Positions 25,560 to 38,566 of a DNA stretch of 64,000 bases are shown piece after piece. Source of the DNA: Oopsacas minuta (lineage: Eukaryota > Animalia > Porifera); contig JAKMXF010000306.1 of NCBI GenBank assembly GCA_024704765.1, forward strand, positions 1-64,000, in the 5' to 3' direction. The notes under the pieces were generated by a model, which saw nothing but the letters and a program-made list of their open reading frames with translations, did not search any database and was not told the DNA's origin. The translations under genes and the position numbers were made by a program. The first letter of the stretch is position 1, and each line of letters begins with the position of its first letter.

Positions 25560-26945
25560 ATGGCTCACTGTACCAATGAGGATATGTTGGACGATCCTGA
25601 ACCTCTCAGTTCAATATTTCCCTACATTGATTCCCACACTCACATAATTTATGAAAAGAAACACAAGTATGCTGACTTTATAGGAGATCGTTATTTAAAG
25701 GGTTCTTTAATTGGAGAAGGCTCATATAGCAAAGTTAAAGATACCCTTGACGCTCAATCTTTGACTCGTAAAGCAGCAAAAATAGTTAGCAGGAAAAAGA
25801 TTCGTAAAATTCCCAATGGTGAAATTAACGTTAGGAGAGAAGTAATGATTCTGAAAAAATTATCACACACTAATGTGATCAAATTATTCCATTCATTCCA
25901 AGATCTTATTAAAGATAAATTATATTTAATTTTGGAATATTGTTTGGGAGATCTACAAACCCTACTTGATAATTCTATAATGAAATGTTTTTGCCTTTGG
26001 CAAGCTAAGTATTACTTCGTTCAACTTATTGATGGGCTAGAATATATTCATAGTAGAGGTATTGTACATAAAGATATAAAGCCAGGGAATATGCTGATAT
26101 CAGCTGATGATATTTTGAAATTGACTGATTTTGGAGTTGCGGAAGAACTTTCTCCCTTTCAAAATAATGATGAATGTAAATTTGCACAAGGCGCTCCAGC
26201 CTTCCAATCGCCTGAAGAGGTTACAGGCCTCCATGATTCATGGTCTGGGTTTAAAGCCGATATTTGGTCAGCAGGAGTTAGTTTATATAATTTTACTACT
26301 GGACAATATCCTTTTGAGGGTGATTGCTTATATCAGATCATAAGTAGCATTCAAAATGATATTGTTGTTGTCCCTAATATTCTTCCCTGTTCTTTGATAG
26401 ATCTGCTAGCTAATATGCTGCAAAAGATTCCAGATAATCGGCTCTCTATATACAGTATCAAATCACACTCCTGGGTATTGGAGATTATCTCCCCTCCTCC
26501 AGAGGATCAAATATTAAGGTTTGGTTGTTATAATAAGGCTGCAAATAGTCACAGAGGTTTAACTGTGACACCATACCTTGAGTCTCTCCATAATTATACT
26601 GATGGCAATGATAAAAGACAAGATTTATTTTGTTTGCAAGGATACAATCGAAATTTTGAAATCGAGAATGATTTTGATCAAAATTCACATAGATCATGTT
26701 TTCCATATGTAAATACATTAATTAATACTCATTCAGTAGTAGGTGGATCAGAACAACAGATATCTAACTTTGGAGAGTCTGCCGATCATTTAGAGTCATT
26801 AAATTTAGATTTAGATCATCTACGGCTTGCAAATAGTGTGGAAGTCATTGATAACACTGCCAAAGGGCATGGTGTTAAAGATTCGGTTTTGTACCAAAGA
26901 AATTCAAAAACAAAGCATATATCCCAATCCTGTAAACAGCAATAA
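25560..26945 (+). CDS. STK11: Serine/threonine kinase STK11/LKB1 ortholog (461 aa, uninterrupted CDS)
   Basis: IGEGSYSKVK, KKIRKIPNGEINVRRE, HKDIKPGN, DFGVAE, GAPAFQSPE and GFKADIWSAGV match LKB1 signatures. The C-terminal CAAX box CKQQ is identical to vertebrate LKB1. Confidence 0.95.
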   Translation: MAHCTNEDMLDDPEPLSSIFPYIDSHTHIIYEKKHKYADFIGDRYLKGSLIGEGSYSKVKDTLDAQSLTRKAAKIVSRKKIRKIPNGEINVRREVMILKKLSHTNVIKLFHSFQDLIKDKLYLILEYCLGDLQTLLDNSIMKCFCLWQAKYYFVQLIDGLEYIHSRGIVHKDIKPGNMLISADDILKLTDFGVAEELSPFQNNDECKFAQGAPAFQSPEEVTGLHDSWSGFKADIWSAGVSLYNFTTGQYPFEGDCLYQIISSIQNDIVVVPNILPCSLIDLLANMLQKIPDNRLSIYSIKSHSWVLEIISPPPEDQILRFGCYNKAANSHRGLTVTPYLESLHNYTDGNDKRQDLFCLQGYNRNFEIENDFDQNSHRSCFPYVNTLINTHSVVGGSEQQISNFGESADHLESLNLDLDHLRLANSVEVIDNTAKGHGVKDSVLYQRNSKTKHISQSCKQQ

Positions 26946-27077
26946 ATCTGTATTTTATCAATATTATGTTGTGTTGTTGTGTTGTATCATGTCGACCCTA
27001 AATCCTGTTGTGAAAGTAACCATTATATCTAACTATATTGTTACTATATTGCACTATCTAATTAAATTCGAAATATA

Positions 27078-27427
27078 CAGTATTACCTCCAATAACAGCC
27101 CTCACGAATAATCCCCCAGAGGGCTTGAAATAAATTCTTGCCTCGGCTGTTTTCAAGGTAATACCGTAGGGTGTCACGGCAAAAGTTATTCTATTCAACT
27201 TTGTAGAATGTATTTTTGCAATATAGAATATACTTATGCAAAGTATCTATATAGACTGTAACTAGATTTACTAATGGAGTGGTCTAGAACTTGAATAATC
27301 GTCCTAAAATTAAAAATCCCCCTCCCTAAAATATTTCTTTCTCTCGAATTATCACCTCGAATAATTCCGCCCCCTATAGAGTCCTTGAAATGAATAATCG
27401 CCCCACCTATTATTCGAGGAAATACGG
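27078..27427. mobile_element. Tigger/pogo-like MITE
   Basis: ta|cagtattacctccaataa ... ttattcgaggaaatacgg|ta with internal gaataatc(g)cccc repeats. Confidence 0.5.
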
Positions 27428-28066
27428 TACGTTCCACATGTGGAACCAACTATTAACAAAGGAAGTCAGCAAGTCATGACAATACAACAACTTTTGTAAA
27501 TTTGAAATTCATCAGAGGATACGCTGGTTACAAAGTTCATAGTAACCAGAGGTTAACACATTTAAACAATCAAATACGGGTGAGCTAAACAATGAATAAA
27601 TTGCCGCATCTCTATACCTCGTAAAATGAATTAATCAATTAAATTTTATTTCAGAATTCACAAGAAAATAGCGCTCTTCGTTAGACAGCTTAGTGCCTCA
27701 GACTAGCTTTGTTATTAAACAGCTAAATTTCTGGATGCTTTTGATTGCTACGCGACCGGATAAACTCGATACTACGTACCTCGAGGTTAATTTATATTAT
27801 CCATGGTCCCATCTAAATTCCATTTTATGGTAATGATGCTTTTGTTTGTAATCTTGACACTTCGTGCCTCTAGCCCTAGTATAATGAAAATCTGAAAACT
27901 ATAGAAATTCGGGAAAATTGAAATTTTTGAGCAGGCATGATGGCGTATTTATTCCATAATGAGTGCATTTATCAAAATCACTACTACGTACAGACATTTG
28001 GCACATTGAGGATTACCTTGATTCAAATTTCAAATTTCAAACTTCTATCATGTATATTGACTGAGC

Positions 28067-28455
28067 AAGGCTGGATTCGGTTAGCCCATTAACAGTTAAC
28101 CTCCGCTCTATCCAGTTAACTCTCTAGAAAATATATTCGGTTAACCGAATTGCATCATTTTCCAACCATATATTATAATTCTCGGTTTTAAGAGGTAAGA
28201 AAGTATATATACACGAGATCTGCAAGTATTTTGAGATGAAACATTTTTGGTCCGTATTACTAAATTTCAGTACTTGTTTTAGATAACATCGCATAACGAT
28301 TGCACATATAGTAGCTATGTATTGGTATTATCAATTTCAGTCACGTAACTTCATTGATTGTATTGAACAATACTTACAGCGGTTAACCGGTTAACTGCTA
28401 TAATCGAAAAGGTTTTAACTGCGACCGAAATTCGGTTAACCACCCCCCACCCCTG
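28067..28455. mobile_element. hAT-type MITE with ggttaacc subterminal repeats
   Basis: 8-bp TSD gactgagc at 28059-28066 and 28456-28463, degenerate (c/a)agg...cctg ends, and multiple ggttaacc motifs. Confidence 0.65.
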
Positions 28456-29605
28456 GACTGAGCAATGGCAAGTAATGTGTATTTTCAAAAATTTGTTACG
28501 GTCAACACCCAAATAAGTCAGTACGCGTGCTATCTAGTCAATGCGCATATTGACTAACCTGTTCCTAAATACCCATAATGAATAGCCAGTACGTGTATTG
28601 ACCTACCTGTTGGTCAATACTCATATTGACTAGCTTGTGTGCGTAGCTCTTTTAGTACGCGTATTGACTAGTCAGTCCACGTGTAATAACGTTCATTAAA
28701 ATAGGTAAAACGCATGCAAGTAATATATTTTGTTAATGTTGCGTGATCAGAATTGTTATATGACAGGCTTCTATTTGTCATGTAGCGCATTTAATTACTT
28801 ATACATGGGATCCCGAAATTCACAAAATGCTATCTTATTTATCTACCAATAGTGGGGAAAATGAAATTATACATTTTATTTTTTATCGGTATTGATTATA
28901 TTCGGAGGTTTAGATTTCCAAGTATAAGTATATCAATCACCTACTGGTACTTTTTGGCACATATATTTCATGTTCATGCTAATCAAAGAGCTTTCAAAAT
29001 TTCACTGCAGTTCTGAAACATATTTGTTATTTGCTTAATTCTCTCCTTGATTGTTGTGTGACCTGCTTCTTGACATAATATTCACTCTTTCAGTATCCTC
29101 GACATGGCACGTTGCCCTTTACCAATGTACAATACTACACCTTACCACAAGCATGTGGATCTAAATATATTGTAGATCTATATGAGCTCTTCAATAGTGA
29201 AAAATGATCTCATTATGGAATTAATACGTAATTCATTTATTTTACGCTGAAAGAATATGGTCAGTCTCTTAAAACAAGATCTTAATGCAGTTTTTATATT
29301 CCTCTTCAATTAGTGAATACTCTATAAGTAATCCTGTATGGAGATAGTACTCAAATCAGTATCACCCTTATCGTACTATCCTATCAAATTTACATATTTT
29401 CAAGGTAGTTCTTTAAGAGACTTGTTATGAGCAATTTATCCCTTCAAGTTATCTAAATTTCAAATTCCAGTGGTTCTAAAATTTTAGTTTGAACTTTGGT
29501 GGGTAAGGAATAGTAAATCCACAACGTCGAAATTAATTTCTTTTGAAACAAGCATAAGTATTTTTATGACGTTGTAAATCTATTTTACCATTAGTTAACA
29601 TACTA

Positions 29606-32252
29606 CTAGGGCATTCAATAAGTCTTACGGGTGATGTCATAGAAGATGATGCAAACACTATACACACTAACTGATTATATTATTTATTCAAAGTAACCCC
29701 CTCCTGCAGATACATAAAGTTTTAACCTTTCCACCCACTTGTAAACACATTTCTGTACTCTTCTTCGGGGATGGATTTGAAGTACTGGTACAGACCCGTG
29801 TCTGAGTGCTTGTAATGTGTTAAAATCTTTGCCTTGAAGGTAGATTTTAAGCTTGGGGAATAGCCAAAATCACACGGAGCTAGGTCTAGTGAGTATGATG
29901 AATGGGGAAGTACTGTAGAGCGATGGGCTGCTCATTTTAGATCTGGTGATACTGATGTCATAGATTTGCCTCGATCTGGAAGACCGGTATCCGCCATCAC
30001 TTCAGAGAATATCGCACTCATTCAAAGTATGGTCATGGAAGACAAGTGCATTACTGTCAATCAGTTAGAACAAAGTATGGAGATTTCATCGGGAGCTATT
30101 CATACAATTCTGACGACTGAGCTTGGCTACCGATCGATTTGTGGGAAATGGGTCCCACATAAGCTCAGTGAGAATCAAAGGTTGGCACGACTGAATATTG
30201 CCAAGAAACTCTTGGAAACTTATGAGAACTGCGATTCTAGACGCTTAACAGAGATTAATACTGGTGACGAGACGTGGGTGTACTATTCAACACCATATAG
30301 TAAGTATAAGAAGCGATCATGGGTGAGGGGCGACGAACAACCGGCGAAAATTCCTAGGCCCGACTTCAGAAAACCTAAGATTATGTATACCCTTCTTCAG
30401 TAGTCATGGAATTGTCTTGCAATTACTTTGTGAGAGTGGCAAGGCTGTTACTGCTACTTTCTTTACAGAGCAAGTGCTTCCAAATTTGATAAAAAATATA
30501 GAAAAGTACCGCCCGAAAACCGGAACTCGAGGAATGAAGATTTTAATTGATAACGCCAGTTCCCATACAGCTAAGCTTACCAAAAATTTCTTGGATGTAG
30601 AAGGGTTAGAATTAGATCTGGAAGGGCAATCCACGCACAAATATCTCCTGCAACTCGCTGAAGATCTGTACGGGCTGGATCTTGAGTATTGTGCGAAACT
30701 CTATGTCACCTCCCCATTTGAGGTTGAAATTATCATCCTTTGAAGCCATAAATTCAACAGTGGGTATAAATTAACTAGATGTAACTATCTCAAAAATTCA
30801 TAATTTGTATTGAATAAGCTTGAAACTTTCAGTATATGGAGTTTAACTATATGTGTTTATAATATATGAAAGTTAGATATATTACTTGACTAATTCCTAA
30901 TATATATCATGACCCGCAAGACATACAGGGTGGCTCCAAAGTTCTGATACAAACCATTTTGTCTATAATATTTATTCAGCATGACCTACATTATTGATTC
31001 TCTATATATAATTAATACATACTATTAGGAAGAGATTGCCTAGTCATTTATTCAATATAACCACCCTTTTAGGAAATGACAGCCCTGAGTCTGTTCGGGA
31101 ATCCTTCTACTGCGGCACGCAGAGTTTCTTGTGGTATCTTCTCCCATTCTCGACACAAGGAAATCTTTAGAGAGCAACTGTGTTGTGTGACACAGAACAA
31201 GCCTTGTTTTCCAAGATAGACCATACAGAATAGTCCATGGGATTTAAATCGGGACTGTATGGTGGCCCTTCATCCTTATGTATAAAATTGGGAATATTGT
31301 GCTTCAGCCAATCTTGGGTCGTATTGGCCGTATGGGCGGGAGCACCATCTTGTTGGAAGACAAATTGCTGTCCAGAAAACATGGTCTGGCTCAGACCTTT
31401 TACCACAGGCTCTAATACAAGCTCTTGGTATGTTTTGGCATTGATTTTCACTCCTGGGGGGATGAAAATCAGTGGTGTTCGACCAACAGCAGAGACCCCA
31501 GCCAAAACCATCACCGACAGTGGTTTCTTCATCCGACTGATATATCTGAACTTATCAGGGATCGCTGAAACTGAGGTCGAGATGACTCTGTCGTTTTGGC
31601 TATTTGTAGCCTCTTCAATGGTGAAAATTTTCTCATCTGAGAAAATGGTATTTTCGAGAACTCCAATAGCGTGTAGAGCAAGTAGGCTCTTGCTCCGGGA
31701 CACTCTCTTTTCTTTCACCGACCCAGATAGGAATTGTACCTTTTTGCGTTTAAAAGAGCGCATTCCTAGGTCCCTTTTGACAACCTTTTGTATTGCTCGG
31801 CGAGATATATTGAGCTCCAAGGCCATTTTCCTCATCGAACGGTGTGGGTTCCGCCGAATCCGTTCTCGCACCACTTTCTTGAGAGCTGAGGTCGTTACAG
31901 AGCATGGACGACCAGATCTCGGCTTGTCTACAGTGTCCCCAGTTTCCTTATATCGATTTATCGTCCTGTAGATAAATGCCCTACGTCCTTTTGCAATATT
32001 CAGCAGTTTCAAAATTTCTGATGGACTTTTCCCCGCCATATGCAACTCAATAATTGCTGACCTCTCAGATTCCATGGTCAATCACAATTTTTTTTCGAAA
32101 TAGAATACACCAAATTGAAATAATATTTGTTAGGAAGCGTATAAGGTATGTCATGGGAGAGCAAACCATTGAGAATACTTCCTGATAATGGTTGTATATT
32201 AATCATGATTTTGTATCAGAACTTTGGAGCCACCCTGTATTGTACGCCCTGA
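29606..32252 (-). mobile_element. mariner (DD34D) element with an internal inversion and a maT element inserted in its 5' TIR
   Basis: C-terminus on the minus strand at 29660-29925, middle inverted onto the plus strand (ORFs 29966-30403, 30417-30612), N-terminus on the minus strand at 30613-30745. The 5' TIR reassembles across 30913-30925 + 32240-32252. Confidence 0.8.
30926..32237 (-). mobile_element. maT/mori-type (DD37D) element, nearly intact
   Basis: Perfect 28-bp TIRs cagggtggctccaaagttctgatacaaa and TA TSDs. 304-aa ORF 31167-32081 with FSDEK, QDGAPAH and SPDLNPMD (D37D). Frameshift near the C-terminus. Confidence 0.95.
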
Positions 32253-33395
32253 TATCAGTTTGGGGTAATTCACATGCCATAGTTCGAGCGATAAATTCTA
32301 CTACCTCAATCAATAGAGCAAAGAATGAACATGTGGTGAACTCACTTGCTGAAACTCTATCCTTATATAAATCAGTGAGAATACCAGGGGGTCTAACCCT
32401 TGATCGAAGAACTTTGAAAAGTTCTGTAGAACGATGGTCAAAACTATCTTGCACAAGTGACAGGCTCTCTCCTTATCAACTCTGTTTATATACAACTAAA
32501 CTCCATTGAAAACCAATGAATTGTATATATTGAAACATAATATCGATTTCAATCATGTAAGGTTTGGGAAATTTATGAAGATATAAAAGAAAAATTTATC
32601 TTCATTTAATAAGAGTAAAGTTTGCAATAACATTATTCCAATAATTTATCTTGCTTATTGAATAATCAAGAAGCATATAAGCTCTTAAAACATTTTGTAA
32701 CTAGACTTGTTGCACAGGGGCTACTAGGGTGCATTACGCCCAAATTCTTACCTTCAATTTATACCATTTTGAATTATGAAATAGATTCTAGATATATTCA
32801 ACAAGCGATATGTAAAGTATCAGATGAAATAGTAAGGATTTCTATTATTTGGTCAATCAAATGTAGGACTTCATTGCTGTATTCTATGTTTATCCGAACA
32901 TTATATAAATGACAGAAGCTATTTCAGTAATCTTTTGAATTTATGATGCATACTATTGTTCATTTACATGCTTTCCCAACAAAGTGAATGCGCTGAATTT
33001 GAATCTATCATTGAATTTCTTCAGGAGCGAAAAGATTAATCAGATATTACGGATACAATACTGTGAAAATTTTGTAGAAATTTCTCTCGGCCACAAGCCA
33101 TCCTGTTCGCAGCAAAATTTGTTTCCATTACTTTCTACCCTGAATTTTTAGTATGTATTCTTGTCAAGTAATATAAACATTATATTCAAAGTACAAATGT
33201 CGCTTCATTGCGCAACATTAAATTTTGTCAAATTCCATTCTCACATCTATGTTGCTATGATACAATGTAATGTAATTACATGGTCATTTAACACCAATAT
33301 AACGCAATAATTATTTATATATACTGCATATTACGAGGTGACACACAAGTTCATTAACTTGATAACTTATTGAACCTCTACTTATCAATTTCAAG

Positions 33396-35662
33396 ATGGC
33401 TGAAGCAACAAAATTATCTAAACCCCTGAAAACACGTCTTGACTTAGCTATCATATTGAAGGCTCACGACTAAGATATCAATAAAGCAGCAGATGGAGTG
33501 GTGCGTTTACTAAATCTCGAGGAAGACAAGAGACATTCTGTATGCTCCCTGATGTCTAAAATATCATTTAATGTCAGAAGAGTAAGAAATATATTGAGAG
33601 CTTAGATGGTGAGTGGTGGAGTGCAAATATTCCATGGATCCCTCTTAAACCTAAGAGCACCCAATCATTTCTTTCTGTTTCAGGCTGTGATGTAGAAAGC
33701 GGTGTTATATTGGTTTCAAATGTAGAGGGGAGAAAATCAATTGATGACATCCAAGTTCGTTCTAAAAAGATCAGGCTTGATCAGACTGGGAGACTTACTT
33801 CCATCCGTCAGTTAGCACAACTTGAAAATATTTCTTGTTATTCGCTACGTTGCTCTCCTCCTGTATATTTTAGCTGTAGAACAAATTGGTTTTAAAGGCA
33901 TCGCAAATATCGCTTGGATCTATAACGAAGAATCGATACCAACCCTCAGTAACATAGTTTCCCCAGAAAAATCAACATTCTTAGCATATCAACTTAAGCT
34001 GAGGAAAGGAAAATGGAGAGATCTTAAATATTATCTCCAATCAGAAGGCCTCGTTTTGGCAACTTGGGAAACAATTAGTGAAATTAGAAAATCAATTGTT
34101 CCAACATTTGACTGGTATCCAAATGTTTCCAATCCTATAGGGGTCCATATATCTTACTCATCACATGTAATTTCTCTCTTTGACCGGTTGTTAAAAGAAT
34201 GTGTGCTAAATTTTCCTGCATCACACTTCTATCCATTAACACTCAAAATCAATCATGGACTAGATGGTTCTGGATCTCATTCCTTACCTGGGTTATTATC
34301 AGACTGAATATAGACCGATCAAATTATATTGTTTTCTTGGTTTCACCCTTTCATGTAATTGATCGATTCGCGAATGTTCAGTGAGTAAATAGGCATCCTA
34401 ACTCGTGTTTTTCCAACCAACCAGTAGCATTTATTTGCCAAAAGGAGACTATTAACACTGTTATAGAATTGAGCAAGTTAGCAAATCCTGAAATTGTTTC
34501 ACTTAATAAGAATGGTTTTGCTCACATAAATGGCCATGTTAAAATAGAAGCCAAAGCTTCAATGATTGACGGCAAAACCTTAGCAACAATGACAGGTAAA
34601 GGAGGAGCGCCATGTATTGCCTGCAAAGCAACCCGAAGTGAAATAAATTTTCGGGTTTCCTTTGAATTGTTCGATAGGGATATCAAAGAGACAATCCGTC
34701 AGTTAACCTCTGATGGAAAAGATCTGATGACCTACAATACAATACAACGGTGTGGGATTACACACGAACCTGCAAGTGGCATTGATATATTTCCTGCAGC
34801 ACATTTATATTCTTATCTAAGAATTTTAGATTGGTTCTTGAACCTCATCAAACGAGTTCCAGCAGGAAAGTCCATGTGGACTGAGGAACAAATGGTGTGA
34901 GATTATCGAGTTTTAGTATTCAAGCGTATCCATGAGCTTACGAACATATTATTCAACCTGCTAGGAGGAAGTGGGAACACAAGCACTGGTAACATGGCAA
35001 GAACATGTTTTTCATACAAAAAACCGTGTTTAGAATCTTTGTCATTTGCACCAAATCTTTATAGAGATGCTCTAACAGACATTCACAGGAATTTATCTGC
35101 ATTATTCAGTCTTGCTAATTGTAGTGAAGTTGTTGATGTAGACAGATTTCGTGTGTTAAGTCAGGAATCTACTTACTAATCTCACAAAACCTTTCCCTGG
35201 GCATCTATTTAATACACTCCACAAATGTTTAGCTCATTACCATCAGCTTATTGAGAGAAATGTCAGGGTAGGATTGTGTTGACATTCTGAAGAAGGGTTA
35301 GGACATAAGTTTATCCGAGAGTTCACACACATTTGAGCAGGAATTCAGATTTTTTCAGTGGATTAAGTGATGGTGCAATGAGGCTCTACATTTATGGTTG
35401 TCCGATTCTGAATGAAAAATTCAGAAGGATCATAATTTGTTCCAGAAGTGGTGAAGGAGGCCATAAAAAAGAATTGTGTAAAAAAAGGCAAGCAGAAAAC
35501 ATGACAAATAATATTGACAATGAAGATTCTCTTCTTCAAAATTCCATAGATGAACCCTTCTTATATTTAACATTAATTTCATCAATAAGATACTCGTATG
35601 TTAGTTATTCTTCAGTCACCATAATATATTCATATATTCAATTTTCTTCTTATATAAACTAA
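33396..35662 (+). pseudogene. RAG1-like (RAG1L/Transib superfamily) transposase pseudogene, near full length
   Basis: In order: NBD-like GRKSIDDIQVRSKKIRL, GLDGSGSHS (D, 34263), MIDGK (D, 34568), CIACKATR, AHLYSYLRILDW, GSGNTSTGNMAR, TLHKCLAH...HSEEGL, tail C-SR-S-GEG-GH-KKEL-C. Multiple stops and frameshifts. Confidence 0.85.
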
Positions 35663-36596
35663 GTTACGTGAATATCTAGATTTCTGTATTACTGTATATG
35701 ATCATTAAGAATACGTCATATATTGAAAACCTGATGTGATACAAGAAATGGATCAACAAACGAACCGCAATAGTCGACTTACTATACAGTAATAATGCAT
35801 TGTATAAGCCTATATCTAAAATTGAACGCATACAACCCTAATGCTAGGAATTCGCAATAATAGCCCACTGTGGCTCGCATAAATTCCTTCACTGATAACG
35901 TGACTGACATTTGTGTAAGGCTTATATAGCTCAACTTGATCCTATTCTCCTTAAGTTTAGGGAGAAGTTGCCATCCTAGGACCAGATCGAAAAGGGATAT
36001 TAATCTATTCAAGGAGCTTCCACAGCAAAATTTACTTGTAAATTCACTCATCATTGTAATAAGTGTAGTAGTTGCATCTAGAGTTCTATATAGTAGGAAA
36101 ATAATCTAAATAATTGTTGAACATATAAATATGGCACTAATAAAATTAAATCCACACATGTATAAAAATATAAAAAATTCTGTAATTTCATTAAAATTTC
36201 TGATTTATTAACTATATCCATTAAATATTATCAGTATATTAACTTCCATCTACGTGGATTATCTAATGAAGTGACGTTGAATTCTAATTGATGGCGTCAT
36301 AATTACAAACACAAAAGTCATACAATATTTTGAGGATACCAATCAATTTCTTAGGATTGATAACCAATACCCAAATAATACATTCCATGCCTAAGAGATG
36401 TAAAAATACCTATTCGAAGATAATCGCCATTCTGGGCCACTGTGTGTGTATAACGGTCAGATGTTAGACTGGCTAGAAACGGCCGTTATGAATAGGGGAC
36501 CATTGTACAAGGTTCATTTTAACGAAGATTGGATACTTGGACAGCATAAGATGGATTTAGGCGGTCGTTAAACCGGTAATTCCATTATAATATACA

Positions 36597-37165
36597 CTAG
36601 CGCGCTTGGCTTGCTAGGTCGCTGCGCCACAGCTAAGTATTCCAGGATATCTTAAGTTTGAAACAGCTAAATTTATAGTGTTATTGGCCGCTACCTGACA
36701 GAATATACTCAGTACTAGGTGCTTCAAATTCACAGAATAGTTAAATTTTAAAAGTCATATCCATGGTCAATCCAATTTACATTCAATGGCCTTCTGTGGT
36801 GACCCTGGAGATGCTACTTCAGCTTTTGGTTAGTAATCTCGGCACTTCGTGCCTCGGGTATTAAGAAATTGATGGCAAAATAATCTCATGATGAGTTAGC
36901 TTTAGTTCAGAATCTTGATGTCAGGGTATTTGTCACATTGAGTGGTAACTGTAATTAAAATTTCAACCTTCTATCATCTACATTGGCCGAAGAGTAGCTA
37001 TTAATTCCTCCAAGACTCGAACCTGCCCGAACTAGGCCAAAATACTCCTGTATGAGAAAATCAGCCCTGGGGGTCTTCCAGTAACTTCAATCAATTCTGG
37101 ACATACGAACATATACATTTAACATACATACGACATACAGATTAATTGCGTTTTAATAGCATAGA
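36597..37165 (-). mobile_element. Non-autonomous Helitron-like element; related partial copies at ~27.75-28.05, ~60.72-61.25 and ~63.36-63.7 kb
   Basis: The minus strand starts A|TCTATGCTATTAAAACGC and ends in a GC-rich stretch plus CTAG|T. The internal block cccccagggctgatttt...caggagtattttgg recurs at 60780 and 63390. Confidence 0.6.
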
Positions 37166-38566
37166 TTAAATAGATATAGTAGCGGATTCTGTTCGGGAGT
37201 GTGATCGCACGAAGGCTCCAACTCAACATAAATTATTAAATTAATTTGAGAATTTTCCAATAATTAAGACAGATTATTGAAGTGGAGGGTTGAGATTAAA
37301 TAGCATTTTTAGGAAACATAAGGGGTCTCGAACGATTTTTTGTCCAGGGGTCACCTACAGTTTGTGACGCCACTGATCATTAGGCTAGATAGCGTTGAAA
37401 ATGACCAATGAACTCCAAAAAATCCGAGTAATACTTGTTTCTACTAGTGCTTATTGCAAAGTTCGGGTTAGAATTGATAGCTCGTGATCAATTATCATCC
37501 GAACATATATCTTACCTAATTTTAAGACTTAATTAGGCTTTACAAACAATTTTAGATGGAATTTTTAACTGAAAACAAATTAGACAATATATGTAAATTA
37601 TTTTTGAAACTCATAGTTTATTATCATAGTAATAATTTCTAACAATAAATTGTATATTTATTAAATTAGCCCAAATACCGCCAAACATTATTAAACACGA
37701 TTTCGGACATCATTTTGATAGTCCCTTAATTTAATATAAGATAAATTTGCATATGTGGTTAAAAGCTACATGCCAAATACCGGTGAAGTTTGTCTATTTA
37801 GAGAAACTGTAGTTCGTGCGTCCCTGGCCGTGCGAAATCTAGAAGTCCGATTAACATGAAAATTGGTACACATATACATTTTGGTTCGGAGATTTGCACA
37901 CGAATATGAAATTTTTATAGAGTTAATATTCTACACCTTTTTGCACATATTACGAATTGATGCTAGATATTTCGCTTCAAAAGTTAGACATGGGGGAATT
38001 GCAGGACAATTATTCGGAATCTTATCCATAGGATTTTAGGATATAGTAGTGAATTAATATTGAATATTATGATATTCACCGCAGCCTGGTATGTATTTTA
38101 CCAGAGTATTACCATCAAAATGATGCATTTATAAATTATATTCAGTCCGAAAGTAGATAAGGTAATAGTAAATGTATGTAAATCCCATATTCATTACAAT
38201 CTGAGGTTGAAAAATAGTAAGAAAAGTAAGAAGTATCGAGTAAGAAAAAAGACGTTTCCAACTGACTAAAATTCTTTTTCAGCGAGAGAACTTTAGCATA
38301 CAGGTTGTTTACATTAATCGAAGGCTCCTAAGATGAAAGTTAGCCATTATATATAATAGTGTGGATGTTAGACCAAGCTAAAAAAGGATAAAATTAGATA
38401 TCAAGAAGTATATAAAAACAAAAATGGTAAGGAATACATACAAAAATATAAAAAGAGTTATACAAGAATATTAAGATAAACTCGGGAAGTATAAACGGAG
38501 ATTAGCAATCATGCTTTACAATTTAGATTAAATAAAAGTCAAATTCAGAGCCCATACATGTATAAG

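Noticed and set aside
31237-31971. 244-aa plus-strand ORF and similar ORFs (4496-4837, 14896-15138, 53955-54236, 54415-54750)
   Set aside because: Antisense shadows of transposase or cargo genes, with no independent protein motifs.
35866-35872. CACTGTG heptamer as right TIR of the RAG1L gene, paired with cacagggg at 32713
   Set aside because: Flanks (tgttg vs gctcg) do not form a 5-bp TSD, and 35866 falls inside an apparent RAG1L coding remnant.
35660-36440. Possible convergent RAG2-like gene downstream of RAG1L
   Set aside because: No kelch-repeat or PHD pattern in any minus-strand frame that I could read.
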